The position numbers and the translations under genes were made by a program. Of a stretch of DNA of 64,000 nt, positions 24,842-37,842 are shown one piece after another (positions within the stretch are counted from its first letter, which is position 1; each line of letters opens with the position of its first letter). Source of the DNA: Octopus vulgaris (taxonomy: Eukaryota); contig OX597814.1 in NCBI GenBank assembly GCA_951406725.2, positions 51,398,001 through 51,462,000 of the forward strand, given 5' to 3'. A model generated the notes under the pieces. The model saw nothing but the letters and a program-made list of their open reading frames with translations. It did no database searches and had not been told where the DNA came from.

Positions 24842-25039
24842 CAGTGGTTCCCAAACTTTTTAGAGTCGCGACCCACTATTTATCACACCAGTTTATGACG
24901 ACCCACTTATAAGTCTTGAACTATCTCGATAAACAGCAGTTAATCAAAGCTAATGCGTAATTTTATAACTTTTTGCAACCAACTAAGATTCCGTTCACGA
25001 CCCATCTGTGGGTCGCGACTCATAGTTTGGGAACCACTG
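24842..25039. mobile_element. hAT-type MITE
   Basis: TIRs cagtggttcccaaact / agtttgggaaccactg; perfect 8-bp TSD atctagca (24834-24841, 25040-25047). Confidence 0.9.
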
Positions 25040-25049
25040 ATCTAGCATG

Positions 25050-26086
25050 TCTACTCAAGAAGCCAAGAGACAACGCACTGTAAATTTGCTTCATGCCAGG
25101 GTTGCAGTTAGATGTGTTGCTGGGAGGCATCAAGAGAAAGCAAGGAAGCAGAGGCATAAATATAAAATAGGATAATGCATTTCTTAAATCTCTCAAAGCC
25201 AAAATTTCAAAAGACCCAACAACATCCATGAGAAAACTGTCCATGGACATGAAAGTTGATCGAAAAACCGTCAGAACACTGATTTACAGTTGGGGGTCAT
25301 ATGTGAGGAACCTGAGACACCTATTGACCCATGCAATGAAAGCCAGAGGGGATGAAAGGGCCAAAAATGTGTTGCGATATCAGAAGCACAATGGACAAAT
25401 TGTCGAAATCTTTTCAGATGAAAAAATCTTTACCGTTGATATTGTTTTAAACCGTTGCCATGATCAATACATTGCTAAGTTACCTTCTGAAGTAAAGGGC
25501 ATCTATAGGACCAAGCACCCTGCTCAAGTCATGGTACTTGGCGTTATGGCGTCTGATGGAAAAAAAAGATGCCTCTCCATTTTTTTCAAGTCTGGGGAAA
25601 AGGTGGGGGCTGAAGTTTACTATAAAGTCCTGCGGTATAAGGTTTTGCCTTGGCTGAATTCTAACTACCCAATGGTAATTATGTGTGGACCTAAGATGGT
25701 GCTCAAATGGCAAAGTAAGTGCAGAAATTCTGCTAAGACAACTTTGCTGACTTTTGGCCTGCCAACTTCTGACCTTCTTCCAGCCCAGACTTGAACCCCC
25801 TGGACTATACCATATGAGGCAAATTGGAGCACTCTACCAACAGAACTTCGTATCCAAGTGTTGATCATCTTAAGAAAAATGTCCTGGGACAAATATCAGA
25901 GTATTTCATCATGAAAAGTTGTGATGACTTGAGGCAGCATATGAAGGTGGACACATTGAATAAATTGTCTTTTTATACATCAATAAACTTGTGTTAAAAT
26001 TATATTTACTTCAGGTTGCTGGTTGATTATAAAATTAACAATTTGATTAATTATCTATTATTTCCAAGATTTGGTTCCCTACCCTG
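25050..26086 (+). mobile_element. Degenerate Tc1/mariner-superfamily transposon (DD37D/maT-like), 5'-truncated
   Basis: Motifs FSDEKIFTVD, KHPAQVMVLG, WT*DGA and SSPDLNPLDY with frameshifts. Ends ...ggttccctaccctg|TA. Confidence 0.75.
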
Positions 26087-26368
26087 TAAATGTATTTATA
26101 TACCATAGAAAGGCATGCTGCTGTAGTGTTTATCTGAGAGAAAATCTTGTCATAGACATGTTAAAAACAATGTATATCAAAGTGAAATAAGCATCATCGC
26201 AGAATGACTCATGGGAACGTTAGACACATTTCACTTTCCTTGGGAGCTTGTCAATAATATGTACCAATTTGTCAAGTTCTTGAATGAAATTCATGTCCTG
26301 ATATGCAAAAAAACTGAATATATATACACATATATAATATAATTAATATATATATATACACACACACA

Positions 26369-27558
26369 CACGGTGGGGCAAAGAGGATGGACGTTTTTGA
26401 AATGGCTATTACTCAGCCTCGGGGGAAGGGACATAGGTCTGCCAGGACCATGGTGTCTTAGCATTTTTTATTCTTTTCAGGTGAAGCCATGGTGCTGTGG
26501 ATGATAGAGCATCACACGTTTGTCTACAACAGTTACATGAAGAATACCAAGTCTATCATAGTAGTTCAGCGTATGATTTGGCACCGCTTCAACATTCACC
26601 GAAATTAGGCTGTTCTGACCTATAACACAACCTGACATTGGATGAATGCACTTCATACACAAGGTACACTAATGAATAGGAGGCTGGTGGGAGCATCACA
26701 AACAGTACAGATCCTGGAAAATGTGGAACGTGTCAGACAAGTTTTGAGATGGAGTCTGAATCACTCTACTTCAAGGCATTCCACTGAAAGCATCGGTAAT
26801 CATGCAGTAAGGTGTATTTTGCATGAAGATCTGCATTTCTACCTGTACAAATTGGTCATTGGGCAACAGTTGAAATCATGGGACTATGCACAGCAGCTTA
26901 ACTTCACATGTCAGATGGAAGCAATTTTTGAGGCAAATGACAATCTCATTTTGTTAATGAGTGATGAAGCTCATTCAGTGGCATGGTGAATTAACAGAAC
27001 TGTCGTTATTGGGCTCTTGAAAATCTGAGAGAACTGCACAAAAGACCACTGCACAGCCCAAAAGTGACGGTTTGGTGTGCTGTTGGAAAAGCTGCCAACA
27101 GTGGTCCTTACCTTTTTGAAGACAATAATGGAAATGCTGTTACTATGAACTCCGAGCATTACATGATAAACAACTTCTTTGAGCCTGAATTATGATGAAG
27201 ATGCATGTTTATTTGGCGTGTGTGGTTTGAGCAGGATGGGGTTATGGCCCACACAGCCAGAACATCAATGGACGTTATTTGCCCTCTCTTCGGTGACCAC
27301 CTCATTTCCAGGTTTACTGACATTCCTTAGCTCCCTTGGTCCTTTGATTTGTTCATGTGTGATTATTTCTTGTGAGGAAACCTCAAGGCATAAGCTCTAT
27401 ACATTGGACAATTTGAAGGAAACTATTTGCCTGGAAGTCACCCAAATCAACAGAGTAATGCTGGAGAGAGTGGAAGCCAACGGCTGAGAACACCTTCTGA
27501 AATGCATCAATGAAAACAGGCACTACATGATGGATGTTGTTTTCCACACTAATTCTAC
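26369..27558 (+). mobile_element. Degenerate Tc1/mariner-superfamily transposon (DD41D/rosa-like)
   Basis: Frameshifted motifs LMSDEAH, QNCRYWA, RPLHSPKVTVWCAV, GPYLFED, WFEQDG and CDYFL. Confidence 0.7.
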
Positions 27559-27689
27559 ACCAAGTCCTTCCTTCGCAGGCCTTTATCAATCTAGAATTCC
27601 CTCTCTGCTCATGATTTTTCAGCAGGAATTGACTTATAATAAAGTTACAAAAGGAATATTAATGGTGTTAATCTCGCTGGTGTCAGAGG

Positions 27690-28400
27690 CCTGTAAAGAC
27701 CATGGGCACCACATCTTTCTCCAAACTCAACACTAAATATGAAATATAAACACACAGTAAAATAATTTTATTGTTATTTAGAAATACCATAAACATCATT
27801 GCAAATATAAAATTAGCCTTATTAGAGTTACCTTGGCATGATATATTCAATTTTAGATCATTAGAAATAGTAATACCTAGATCCATGATACAAGAAACAG
27901 GAAAACAGGAGTAGAATATAATTCATATTGTTTGTGAATGTTACCATGCCTTGATTATTAAAAACATAGTGATTGGATATAGCAATTTTGAAGTGAAGTA
28001 AATTTATTCAATTAACTTTTTAAAATAGTTGTTTAGTTCAACACACAAAGTATATTGATGAATAAAAATAATTGACATCATCAACATATAATTTTAATGA
28101 GGATGATGTGGTAATGGAGTCCACATCATAGATATAATGGAAACGAGAATTGGGTCTAAAAGAGTGCTGTGAGTGACTATCCTTTCTAACTGGATAATTT
28201 GGAGAACTAATTTTGATAGAAACAACTTGGGTACTATTTGATGAATGATCTTTTACCCAATTCACAATTTATAAGAGTTTTTTTTTGTGTGAGTGACTAA
28301 TTGAATTAAAATCTTTGGAATATTAATACAAAGTATATTAGTTGTATAATTATTATGAATTTCTTTTGTACAAATATCAAAACATGAGAGGAGTTGTGTG
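27690..28400 (-). mobile_element. Highly degenerate CR1-like RT remnant
   Basis: Fragments LKLYVDDV and MDLGITISNDLK in minus-strand ORFs. Confidence 0.45.
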
Positions 28401-28431
28401 ATTTAGTAAGAAGTCATGCAGGTTAATTGAA

Positions 28432-29420
28432 TGTGAAAGTGATCTGGGCATTACTATCAGCAGCGATTTGCGCTGGACAAAGCACATCTCTGAAATTGTC
28501 AAGAATTGCTGAGGGTGTCTTGCCATCACTCAGCAAGACCTTTGTCAGCCACTCTCCAGCTATCTATTTAAAGCTGTATATGGCTATGGTGTGGCCACAC
28601 TTGGAATTTGCATCACCAATCTGGAATCCCTACCTTGCTCAGAACATTAACCTCCTGGAAACTGTTCAGAGATGTGCAATCAAGTAAATACCTTCCATCA
28701 GGCATCTACCATATTCTCAACGCCTTGCTTCCTTGGGCATAGACACATTGAAGCTCTGATGTCTGGCAACTGACTTAGTAAACACCCATAAAATACCAAC
28801 CATCGCACCAACAACCACCCTGAACACCTTTTGAGCTCCATGTGTCTAACATATATGTTTCTTCACTATCCACAAGAGGCTAAATACAGAGGGAACAAAC
28901 AAGGACAGACAAACGGATTAAGTCGATTATATCGACCCCAGTGCGTAATTTATCGACCCCGAAAGGATGAAAGGCAAAGTCGACCTTGGTGGAATTTGAA
29001 CTCAGAACGTAATGACAGACGAAATACAGCTTAGCATTTCGCCCGGCATCCTTACGTTTCTGCCAGCTCGCCGTCTTGTGTCTAACATATATGGGCATAC
29101 CCTACAAAGTCAGAAAACAGCACAGCTCCCATGACTTTCGGAAACATTTTTTCACACTCAGAGTTGTTGAAGCATGGAACAAACTACCTGCATCAGTTGT
29201 TAGTTGCCAAGACATTACATCCTTTAAAACCGCCATGCTTCCTGAAATTTGTCAACACTACACCTGATATTCCTCATTCCATATACATGCATGCATGTAT
29301 ATCATGACTCGTACGCTGTTCACTTTCCTGACTTTTGTACATAATTCTATGTACTGCACATGCACCTTTGATGAGTTGTAGTGCACCTGAACACTACACA
29401 ATAATTTCATTATTATCATT
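28432..29420 (+). mobile_element. 5'-truncated CR1-like LINE (same family as 1251..2660) interrupted by a SINE
   Basis: [14 protein letters not shown]...HLEFASPIWNPYL and [21 protein letters not shown]; 3' stem-loop and (att)n tail. Confidence 0.85.
28858..29076 (-). mobile_element. tRNA-derived SINE family A copy nested in the CR1-like LINE
   Basis: 17-bp TSD tgtgtctaacatatatg (28841-28857, 29077-29093). Confidence 0.9.
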
Positions 29421-29619
29421 ATAAAAGTTTGTGTTAAATTATTCAAAAGTTTTATGCAAATATCAAAAAAAAAAAAGGTGGGGATTTACTTCATATATTT
29501 AGTAAAATAGCCCTGTTTTTTTTTTAAGTCAGAAACTAAATTCTTTTAGTAATTCTTTTGGTAATTCTTTTGGCAATTTTCCAAATAGAAGGGAAAATAT
29601 TCAAAAATGTTCAGAGATA

Positions 29620-30903
29620 CGAGGGACGTTCAATAAGTAATGCCTCTGACCCACTTGCAGTTGTTTGATCTAGCTGAAATTTTGCATGTGCAATTATTTA
29701 TATCTCTATAGATTAAGTGGCAAATTACAGCTCTGAGCTAATTGTGGTTTCTGATTTACATGTGTTTGAACTAAGTCAAGTGTGAAATGGAGCCTGTTGA
29801 GTGTCGAGCAGTGATCCGGTTTTTGTATTTGAAAGGAAGCACACCACAGGAGACTTTTGATGAAATGAAAGTAACTTATGGTGATGATGCCCCATCATAT
29901 GACCTTGTAAAACGCTGGCATCGTGAATTCAAACATGGTCGGAACTCTGTGGAAACAGCTCCCAGATCTGGTCACCCCCTTCTGCTATTGATGAGGCATC
30001 TGTCCGTCAAGTTGAGGCTGCCATTTTGGAAGATCGATGCATAACTATTCGCCAAATAGCCCATGAGGTCGAGATTAGTACCGGGTCTGTGGAAACTATC
30101 ATTCATGACCATTTGCATATGCAAAAGGTGTCTGCCAGATGGATTCCCAGGTTGCTCACACCTTTCCAGAAGCAAGAACGTGTCGAGTGCTCGAGGATGA
30201 ATTTGGAGATGTGCCAAGAAGGTGAGTCAAACTTTTTCAAAAGACTGATTACACAGGATGAAACCTGGGTCCATCACTATGATTCAGAGACCAAAGTCCA
30301 GTCAATGCAGTGGAAGCACCGTGACTCACCTCCTCCAAAGAAGGCAAGGGTGCAGCCCTCCGCTGGCAAGGTCATGCTCACAGTCTTCTGGGACCAGGAC
30401 GGAGTAGTGATGACAGATTTCCTGGCAAAGGGTACCACAATTACAGGAGCGTATTATGCTTCACTTTTGAGGAAATTATGAGAAGCTATCAAAATCAAGA
30501 GGTGGGGCAAGATCAGCAAAGGCATCCTCCTCCTGCAGGACAACGCTCCAGTTCACAACTCGCGTGTCACCAGATCAGAAGCACAGGCGTGCTGCTATGA
30601 ACTCCTCCCCCATCCCCCCTACGCTCCTGACCTTGCACCCTCTGATTTTCCCCTCTTCCCAGCCATGAAGTTTTTTTTGAAAGGAAAGCATTTCACAGAT
30701 GATGCAGCCTTGATTTCTAAAGTTACGTCGTGGTTGGAGGACCAAGCTGGGGTCTTTGGTCTCCAGCGCTGCATCAAACGATGGCAGAAATGCGTAACTC
30801 TGGGTGGTTCCTATGTAGAAAAAGACTAATAACTGTGCCAAGTTTCGTTGCTCTACTGCTATGGGAAGTGGGTCAGGGGCATTACTTATTGAACGCCCCC
30901 TCG
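29620..30903 (+). mobile_element. Full-length mariner (DD34D) transposon with a disrupted transposase
   Basis: ~37-bp TIRs cgagggacgttcaataagtaatgcctctgacccactt with TA on both sides. Motifs WIPRLL, QDETWVHHYD, QDNAPVH and PPYAPDLAPSDF. Frameshift near 29975 and in-frame TGA at 30479. Confidence 0.95.
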
Positions 30904-31002
30904 TATTTTCTTCAATTATAATTTTAGAAATTAAGAATGGATAGTTTGTGAAAATTATATCTAGTGTGTTAACAATACCATGCGTTGGTTCATTAATATT
31001 TT

Positions 31003-31400
31003 GTATCTTTTACTTGTTTCAATCATTAGACTGCAGCCATACTGAAGAATTTTAGTGGAATGAATTGATCCCAGTACCTTTTTTCTTTAAAGCTTGGTAC
31101 TTATTCCATCAGTCTCTTTTACTGAACCAATAAGTTATGGAGACATAAACACTAACACCAGCTGTCAAGCAACAATGAAGAATAAACAAAGACACACACA
31201 TATATATACATACATATACATATATACGATGGGCTTTTCTTAGTTGCCATCTACCAAGTCCACGCACAAGTTGCCATCTACCAAGTCCACTCACAAGACT
31301 TTGGTAGACCTGAGGTTATAGTAGAAGACACTTGCCCAAGTTGCCACACAGTGGGACTGAACCCAGAACTATGTGGTTGGGAAGCAAACTTCTTACCACA
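31003..31400 (-). mobile_element. tRNA-derived SINE family B copy with an internal microsatellite
   Basis: Reverse complement of the 59502..59920 family (…cttgggcaagtgtcttct…gtggatttggtagacggaaactga…). Confidence 0.7.
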
Positions 31401-33426
31401 TTGATAAAATCTCTCTTCCTGATTACCCTGATTCAGGTCATTTCATTGTAAGGCTACAAATTGAAGTCTTCAGAAAGAATAGATAAATTATATAAGATTT
31501 CTGAATCTTCTAAATCTCTTCATTTCTTATTGGTATAAAGGAAAAAGTATAGATTACAATAACGTACAGATTTTATGTAATCATAATTGGAATTAAAAAT
31601 TTGTTTTTACCATTTCAAACTGTTGCTCAATCTTCACCTTGTCTCAGTCAGTCTAACCAGAGCTGAATAACATGAAAAAGTCTTCCTTTCATTCAGTGCT
31701 GACCATGTCAAGCTTGTTTTTACTTTCATTTGAAATGTTCAATTAATGCATTATTAGAGGCTTTTGTTAAGGCGGTGAGCTAGTGGAATCATTTGCATGC
31801 TGGGCAAATGCTTTGCTGAATTTTGTTTATCTTTATGTTCTGAATTCAGATCCTGCCAAGGTCAACTTTGCCTTTCGTCCTTAAGAGTCAATGAAATAAG
31901 TACCAGTTGAGGAATGGGGTCATCAGAAAGGATTATTGTAACCATGATAATGGTTTCCAGTCTGGCACAGGTTGAGCAGTTTGACAGAAGCTGCCTAGGC
32001 AGAAGACTGCACTGGGCTTCAGTGTCTGTTTTGTCATGGTTTTTATGGCTGGAAGCCCTTCCTAATGCCAACATTCTAAAAATAAGATCTGAAAAGCTGC
32101 AAGATAATGCATGATTAACTCAAAATAATACGAATAAATAAGCATTGCATTTGACAGAGTAATCTGAATGCCATGATAATGAGGTCTAAGTTTAGATAAG
32201 TGAGTTAAGGAGTAATATAGAATGAGAGGACATTCTGGTAAACAGTATGTTTGGTCATCTCTAGAATCTTGTTTACAAGAAAACTGATCTGACCTTTCAA
32301 GTCAATGATCCCAGAATAGCAGTTTTTGTGCATATTGGCAACGTCTGGGTAGGATTTTTTATTCAAGCTGCAAAAAAGATGTGATTCTTGTACACATTTA
32401 TGATCAATTTCTTTTCTTCTTCATTTGGATGATTGTGCACAGTGGTAACCATTTCTGAGGAACAAGTGATGAAGATCCAGTTATTTCAGCCATGTCAATC
32501 AACACAAGTTTTGTTGTGATAAAGATAGTTTTTGTCATTTCTTTCATTATCTGACTAGTTTTCATGTTGGTGATTGAGGTCTGAGAATTTTTATAATTAA
32601 TAGCCTAATTAATTTAGAAAAGCTGACAGATCGTTAGCATGCTGAGGAAATGCCTAGCAGCATTTCATTTGTCTTTACATTCTGAGTTCAAATTCCACCA
32701 AGGTCAACTTTGCCTTTTATCTTCTCAGGGTTGATAAATTAAGTACCAGTTAATCTCTTGAGTTGTTGTAATCAACTTACTTCTCCTCTAAAATTACTGA
32801 CCTTGTGTCAAAATTTGAAATTACTATCTTAATTAATTTAGAAAGAAGCTGAGTATAGACAAATGTTGTTTTTTGGTACTTCAAACATTAACAGAAACAT
32901 TGTTTAATCTAAATAAGCTCTAAATCTGCACTGATCTCTGAATCAGATCCATTATATGTGGAAGAACAAAATGTCAATGAAGTAAGTTGCACAATTCTGG
33001 AGGTCTTCATCTATTTTCACTTTTACTGAATGCTAGTCACTTTGCTCACAACCATGAGATAAACTTGTAGCTGGGGTAAATATATTCTCAATACGAAGCC
33101 ATTGGATTGTCCAAGGATGATGACAATAGACACAATGAGCTTACATTTTGCTTTGTGACTCCTTCACTCCACCATACACCTTTAGAACAGTGATGGAGGA
33201 GAGGGGTTTACTGCACCTACAGCTGAATAGAAAAAAATGTTGAAATAGCATAATTTGCCAGTGGATTATGTACTTCAGCTCATGGTGAACAATATGTTTA
33301 GAGGAGCCAAGCTGATGACAGTGAAATTTTTACTATGGTAGGTATTTCACTCAACTATCACTTCTGTGAGGGTATGTTTGTTCCAGAGCTTTTCATTTAC
33401 AGTAATGTCATGGTTGTTTTGTGTTG

Positions 33427-33778
33427 CTTAAAACTCTTTAGTATTCAAACCTACCACATCTGGCTTAAATATTCAACCTCCTTTATGTTCAAACCACCCA
33501 GATCCAACCTATCACACCTACTATACAATCATCATCATTCAACATCCGCTTTCCATTCTGGCACGGGTTGGACAGTTTGACAGAAGCTGGCTAGGCAGAA
33601 GACTGCACTGGGCTTCAGTGTCTGTTTTGTCATAGTTTTTATGGCTGGATGCCCTTCCTAATGCCAACATTATAAAAATAAGATCTGAAAAGCTGCAAAA
33701 TAATGCATGATTAATTCAAAATAATGCGAATAAATAAGCATTGCTTTTGACAGAGTAATCCGAAAGCTAAAATGTTAA
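33427..33778 (-). mobile_element. piggyBac-like MITE interrupted by an RTE-tail insertion (~33531-33668)
   Basis: Both halves match the reverse complement of 55503..55720; TTAA near both ends. Confidence 0.55.
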
Positions 33779-35252
33779 AACATTGAACTATCTCCTGATG
33801 TGGTGTATAATTAAGAAAGTGTACAAGCTTTATTATTACTTTTTTGCACATTTTTAATATTACTGTTTGTTTACTTTTGTAAATTGTATTATCTTATAGG
33901 TTTAAAATTAATTAATAAAGCAATCCCATTTATCTAAGGTAATAGAAATAAGTATTTAAATTATAGAAAGTAAAAAATGTATACTGACATGAACTGAGCA
34001 GAAATCAAAATTTAACTTCTGCCAAGCACTTATACTTAAATCAAAGTTTTCTGACGTTGGTGTGTTGGTTGGAGTTATCGGACATAACTGATGACGATGA
34101 GGATGATTCTTGCAGAGTACGGCTTGTTGTTGAAAAGTGTGTAACTCAAAGGCGAAGTTTCACACAACATGATTTATTTTCGTTACATTTACAATTATAA
34201 ATCAACCACTTTGGATCGAGGAAAATCAACATATAATTTTAACTGTATGCATTTGTTGACAATCTACTTAGCTTTTTGAAATTACTACTGAGGAAATGGT
34301 GTGTGACAGATGTGATTGAAAGGGTAATCTGTAAATGTGGTAGACATGACAATTAGATAGATAAATCAAGTGTGAGTAGATGAATGTCAGTGTGAAACAA
34401 ATAAGTGGGGGAGGAATGAGAGATGTTTACAGTAGTTTTCGTTTGACCCAGTGACATCATTTCTCGTTCAGCCCCCAAACCGTCTGCAACAGGCTGTCAC
34501 CATCGCTAGCAGGGAACTGAACCCCTTTGGCTGGTGAGTTGATCGTATTTATAACAGTCTGCAGCCGATAGAAAGATGGACAAACCTTAGCTAAATATTC
34601 AATTCAGTTTTAATTTCACCTGGCTAGTCATTAAAAAACTCATCAATCATTATTCTAATTGACAGGGCAAAGAAGTTTTCCCGCCGTAAACTGATTTGGT
34701 GGGCGAAAGTGCGACCAGTAATTCTGAGATGCAGTTTCAAATCTGAGGCGATAGAACTGATATTCGTTCTTTATATGTCCACAAAGAAATTCATAGATTT
34801 ATTATTTTATTTTATTCTTAATTTCTAACGACAGAGGAAATTAGGGACATTAGAGTTATTTCCCTTGATCTACATATTTCCTTCGCGCAGTTCCCTGCCA
34901 TTTTTAGTCAACTGGTATCAAGCGGAAGATAAAAAATGTGGGTGCGTCTTCGTCAAACAGATGTATAATTTATTTAGTTACTGCGATAAACACCTGTCTA
35001 ACTGATTAATTCCCCTTTGTTACTGTTTTATATCGATTGCACTATGAAGTTTTATATATTGAAGTTCCCGCTGTCATGCAACCAGTTGAGACTTACACCC
35101 TCACGAAAGCTGTTTCACATATAACGCAACAAAACACTCGAAAAATAATTTTTATTTATTGCTGCAGTTTCGGTTTTTTCTCCTGTTATTTATATATTAT
35201 ATCTTCAATCCTGTTATTGAACTGATTTGGAAGAGAAATACCTCAGAACGGC

Positions 35253-37806
35253 ATGGGTTTTTATAATATTTTGAATGTTGTTACAATAGTGTTGCTAATA
35301 ATTGTCGGGCAATGCCGGTCCTTAGAAGTTGACCAAAGTGGATATATAGTCTACTGTCCTTGCATGGGTAAGTAATATTTTTGGGATGATTTTTTTTTTT
35401 GTAATTTTTATTACTTATTTATATGGGTGCGGTTTCGGAATAACTATTACTATCCTATGATGGACGAGGTGGGGGTTAGGGAAGGTAAACTGTAAAAGAT
35501 CCTATTTCCTATTGTACGAAAAACAGGAATACTAAAAGAAAAAAGTTTTTTTTTAATATCACCCAGCCCCTTGCCCCTTTTCTTACCCACGAGGTAGTGA
35601 TTGTTATTCAAAAACTTCGCCCAAGAACGTTCAAAAGTTATACCCGATTTGACACTGGTTTACTCTAAACTTGCGACGAAGTTTAACCATCTTTTCTAGC
35701 ACGAGCGAAATATTTTGAGTTCCTGGTTTTCAACATCAAGGGATGGTGTTGTATAACCTCAGGTCTGTACCTTGGGCTAACCAAATGTCTTCACTGTTGC
35801 CTCAGGTGAACTAAAGCCTTATGAAGTTTGGTTGACGGAAAACTGGTCGCATTCACTGAGAAAGCGCAGTTCGCCAAGTCTGTAGGGTAACAGATAACTA
35901 GCTAGGAGGTCGGCGGGTTCATATATGCTCAAAACGGTGCGGTTACCGAATTCATTTACTTTCGTAAGGAAAATTTAACTTCAAATAACAACAATGAACA
36001 TATCTGTAACCTACCAAGAAATCCTTTTGGACGTGGATGTTCACTAGTTGACAGATTTGAATCGCCAATGTTTGCCTTTGTGTTAGGGTTTTAGTTACTG
36101 CAGCTTATTTGTTTTTTGGTATTATTTTTGTAATTCCGTTCCTGAGTAACTTAATTAGTTTCTCTCTTTAACCATTGATCTCTAAATATTACTTCTATCG
36201 CACACGCGCACGTACGCACAAGTTGGTTTGGAATTTTATGTCGTTTTGCACATTTACTTAGTGATTCACTTAGATCTGTGGTACTTAAACCATTTTTTGC
36301 CTATTGATCCCTTTGGTTCTTATTTTACACGGCTGGACCCTCATAGCTGTTCAGTGTTTTAAAAAATCCTATTATTATATCTTTATACTTAAATATTTTT
36401 AGGAATTGTATTAAAAAAATTAAAATGTTTTGTCTGTTCTAGAAGTATAACCAGTTTATTGCACATACATTTTAACAACAAAATTTTATATGAATCCTAA
36501 AGATTATTTTACCAAGACATGTTTTACAGTGACTAATATTGGTACTACTTAAGAAGAGTGGTCGCGGTGCGCGCACTCGCGTACTCGCGCATCCGCGCTA
36601 GCTAGTCGCGACTAGTCGATCCTTTGTGTTTTTGTTTTATTTACTTTGTGTTTTTGTGTTTTATTTACTTTGTTTTAAAAAATATATTTACTTTGTGTAA
36701 AAAAATTATTTATTTTGTGTTTTATTTACTTTGCTAGGTAGTCGTTGTAGGATCGACTAGTCACGACTAGCTAGCGCGGATGCGCGAGTGCACGCACCGG
36801 GACCACTCTTCTTAAGTAGTACCCTTGTATTATCTCAGAGTTCAAATCTGAAAGGGTAAACTTTCTTTCCAGCTATTGATGGGAATAAGAGCAATACACT
36901 GGGATTAATTAGGCGAACAAGACTCATTCCCCTTTAAAAAAAACTCTATATAAAGAATTAAAAGGTGAAAGATTAAGCATGTGCAATTTTCTTGCAAATA
37001 CACTTATTCCCTTATCTTCAAATTTTGATCTATGTCAGCTTCAAAATATTACTGGATCCCATATTTACTTTCTGGTTACTTAGCTGTAATAGGTAAAAAA
37101 TGAAGTAACTCAATAAAACATTACTGATCAGATAGATAAATCCAATCAAAGTTTGACTAATATATATAACGGCTTTATTAATTGTGTTGCCTGTAGCTAA
37201 CTGTCCATATAAAACCAGGTTTCATTGGGAAAGTAACTTATTTGATACTGTATAAAATCATTTATTATTGTCTTTGGATTTATTTGGGAAAGGAAAAATG
37301 GTAGATTTCATTTACTTGAGCAATACAAGTGAAATGAAATGTTCCCCAAATGAAAATCATAACAGATTTGTGAACCTGTCTTATCTATTTCATGGCTCTT
37401 GGCAGAATATCACTGTACAAAATGATTTTGCTATTTGGTTTCAAAACTCCAGATTTATATTTGGGAAAAGAAAATGGTATTTTGACATGTCTGTATCTTT
37501 TGCAAGAACATTAAACTTGAAATAGGATAGCTTTAAATGGATATCATATGTTTCTACTGATGGTAGTTATTTTTATAAGTTTTGAAGAATAAGAATGGAG
37601 AAAATCACATCTTTAGTTGTTCATTACACCATACAGTACTGGCAATCATATCTGTTGTGCCAGTATATTTAAATACAGAAAATATCAGTCAAATTAATAT
37701 ATCCAAAAATATATGTTAGCACAACATTATTAAGGCAATCCAAAATTGGCTAAATTCAAAGTGAAATGAGAAAATACCTACCTGGATTTTCTTAATCCCT
37801 TTTACC

Positions 37807-37842
<36 letters not shown>

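Noticed and set aside
34031-34075. Minus-strand micro-ORF MSDNSNQHTNVRKL
   Set aside because: Only 14 codons, with no convincing splice donor or recognisable homology.
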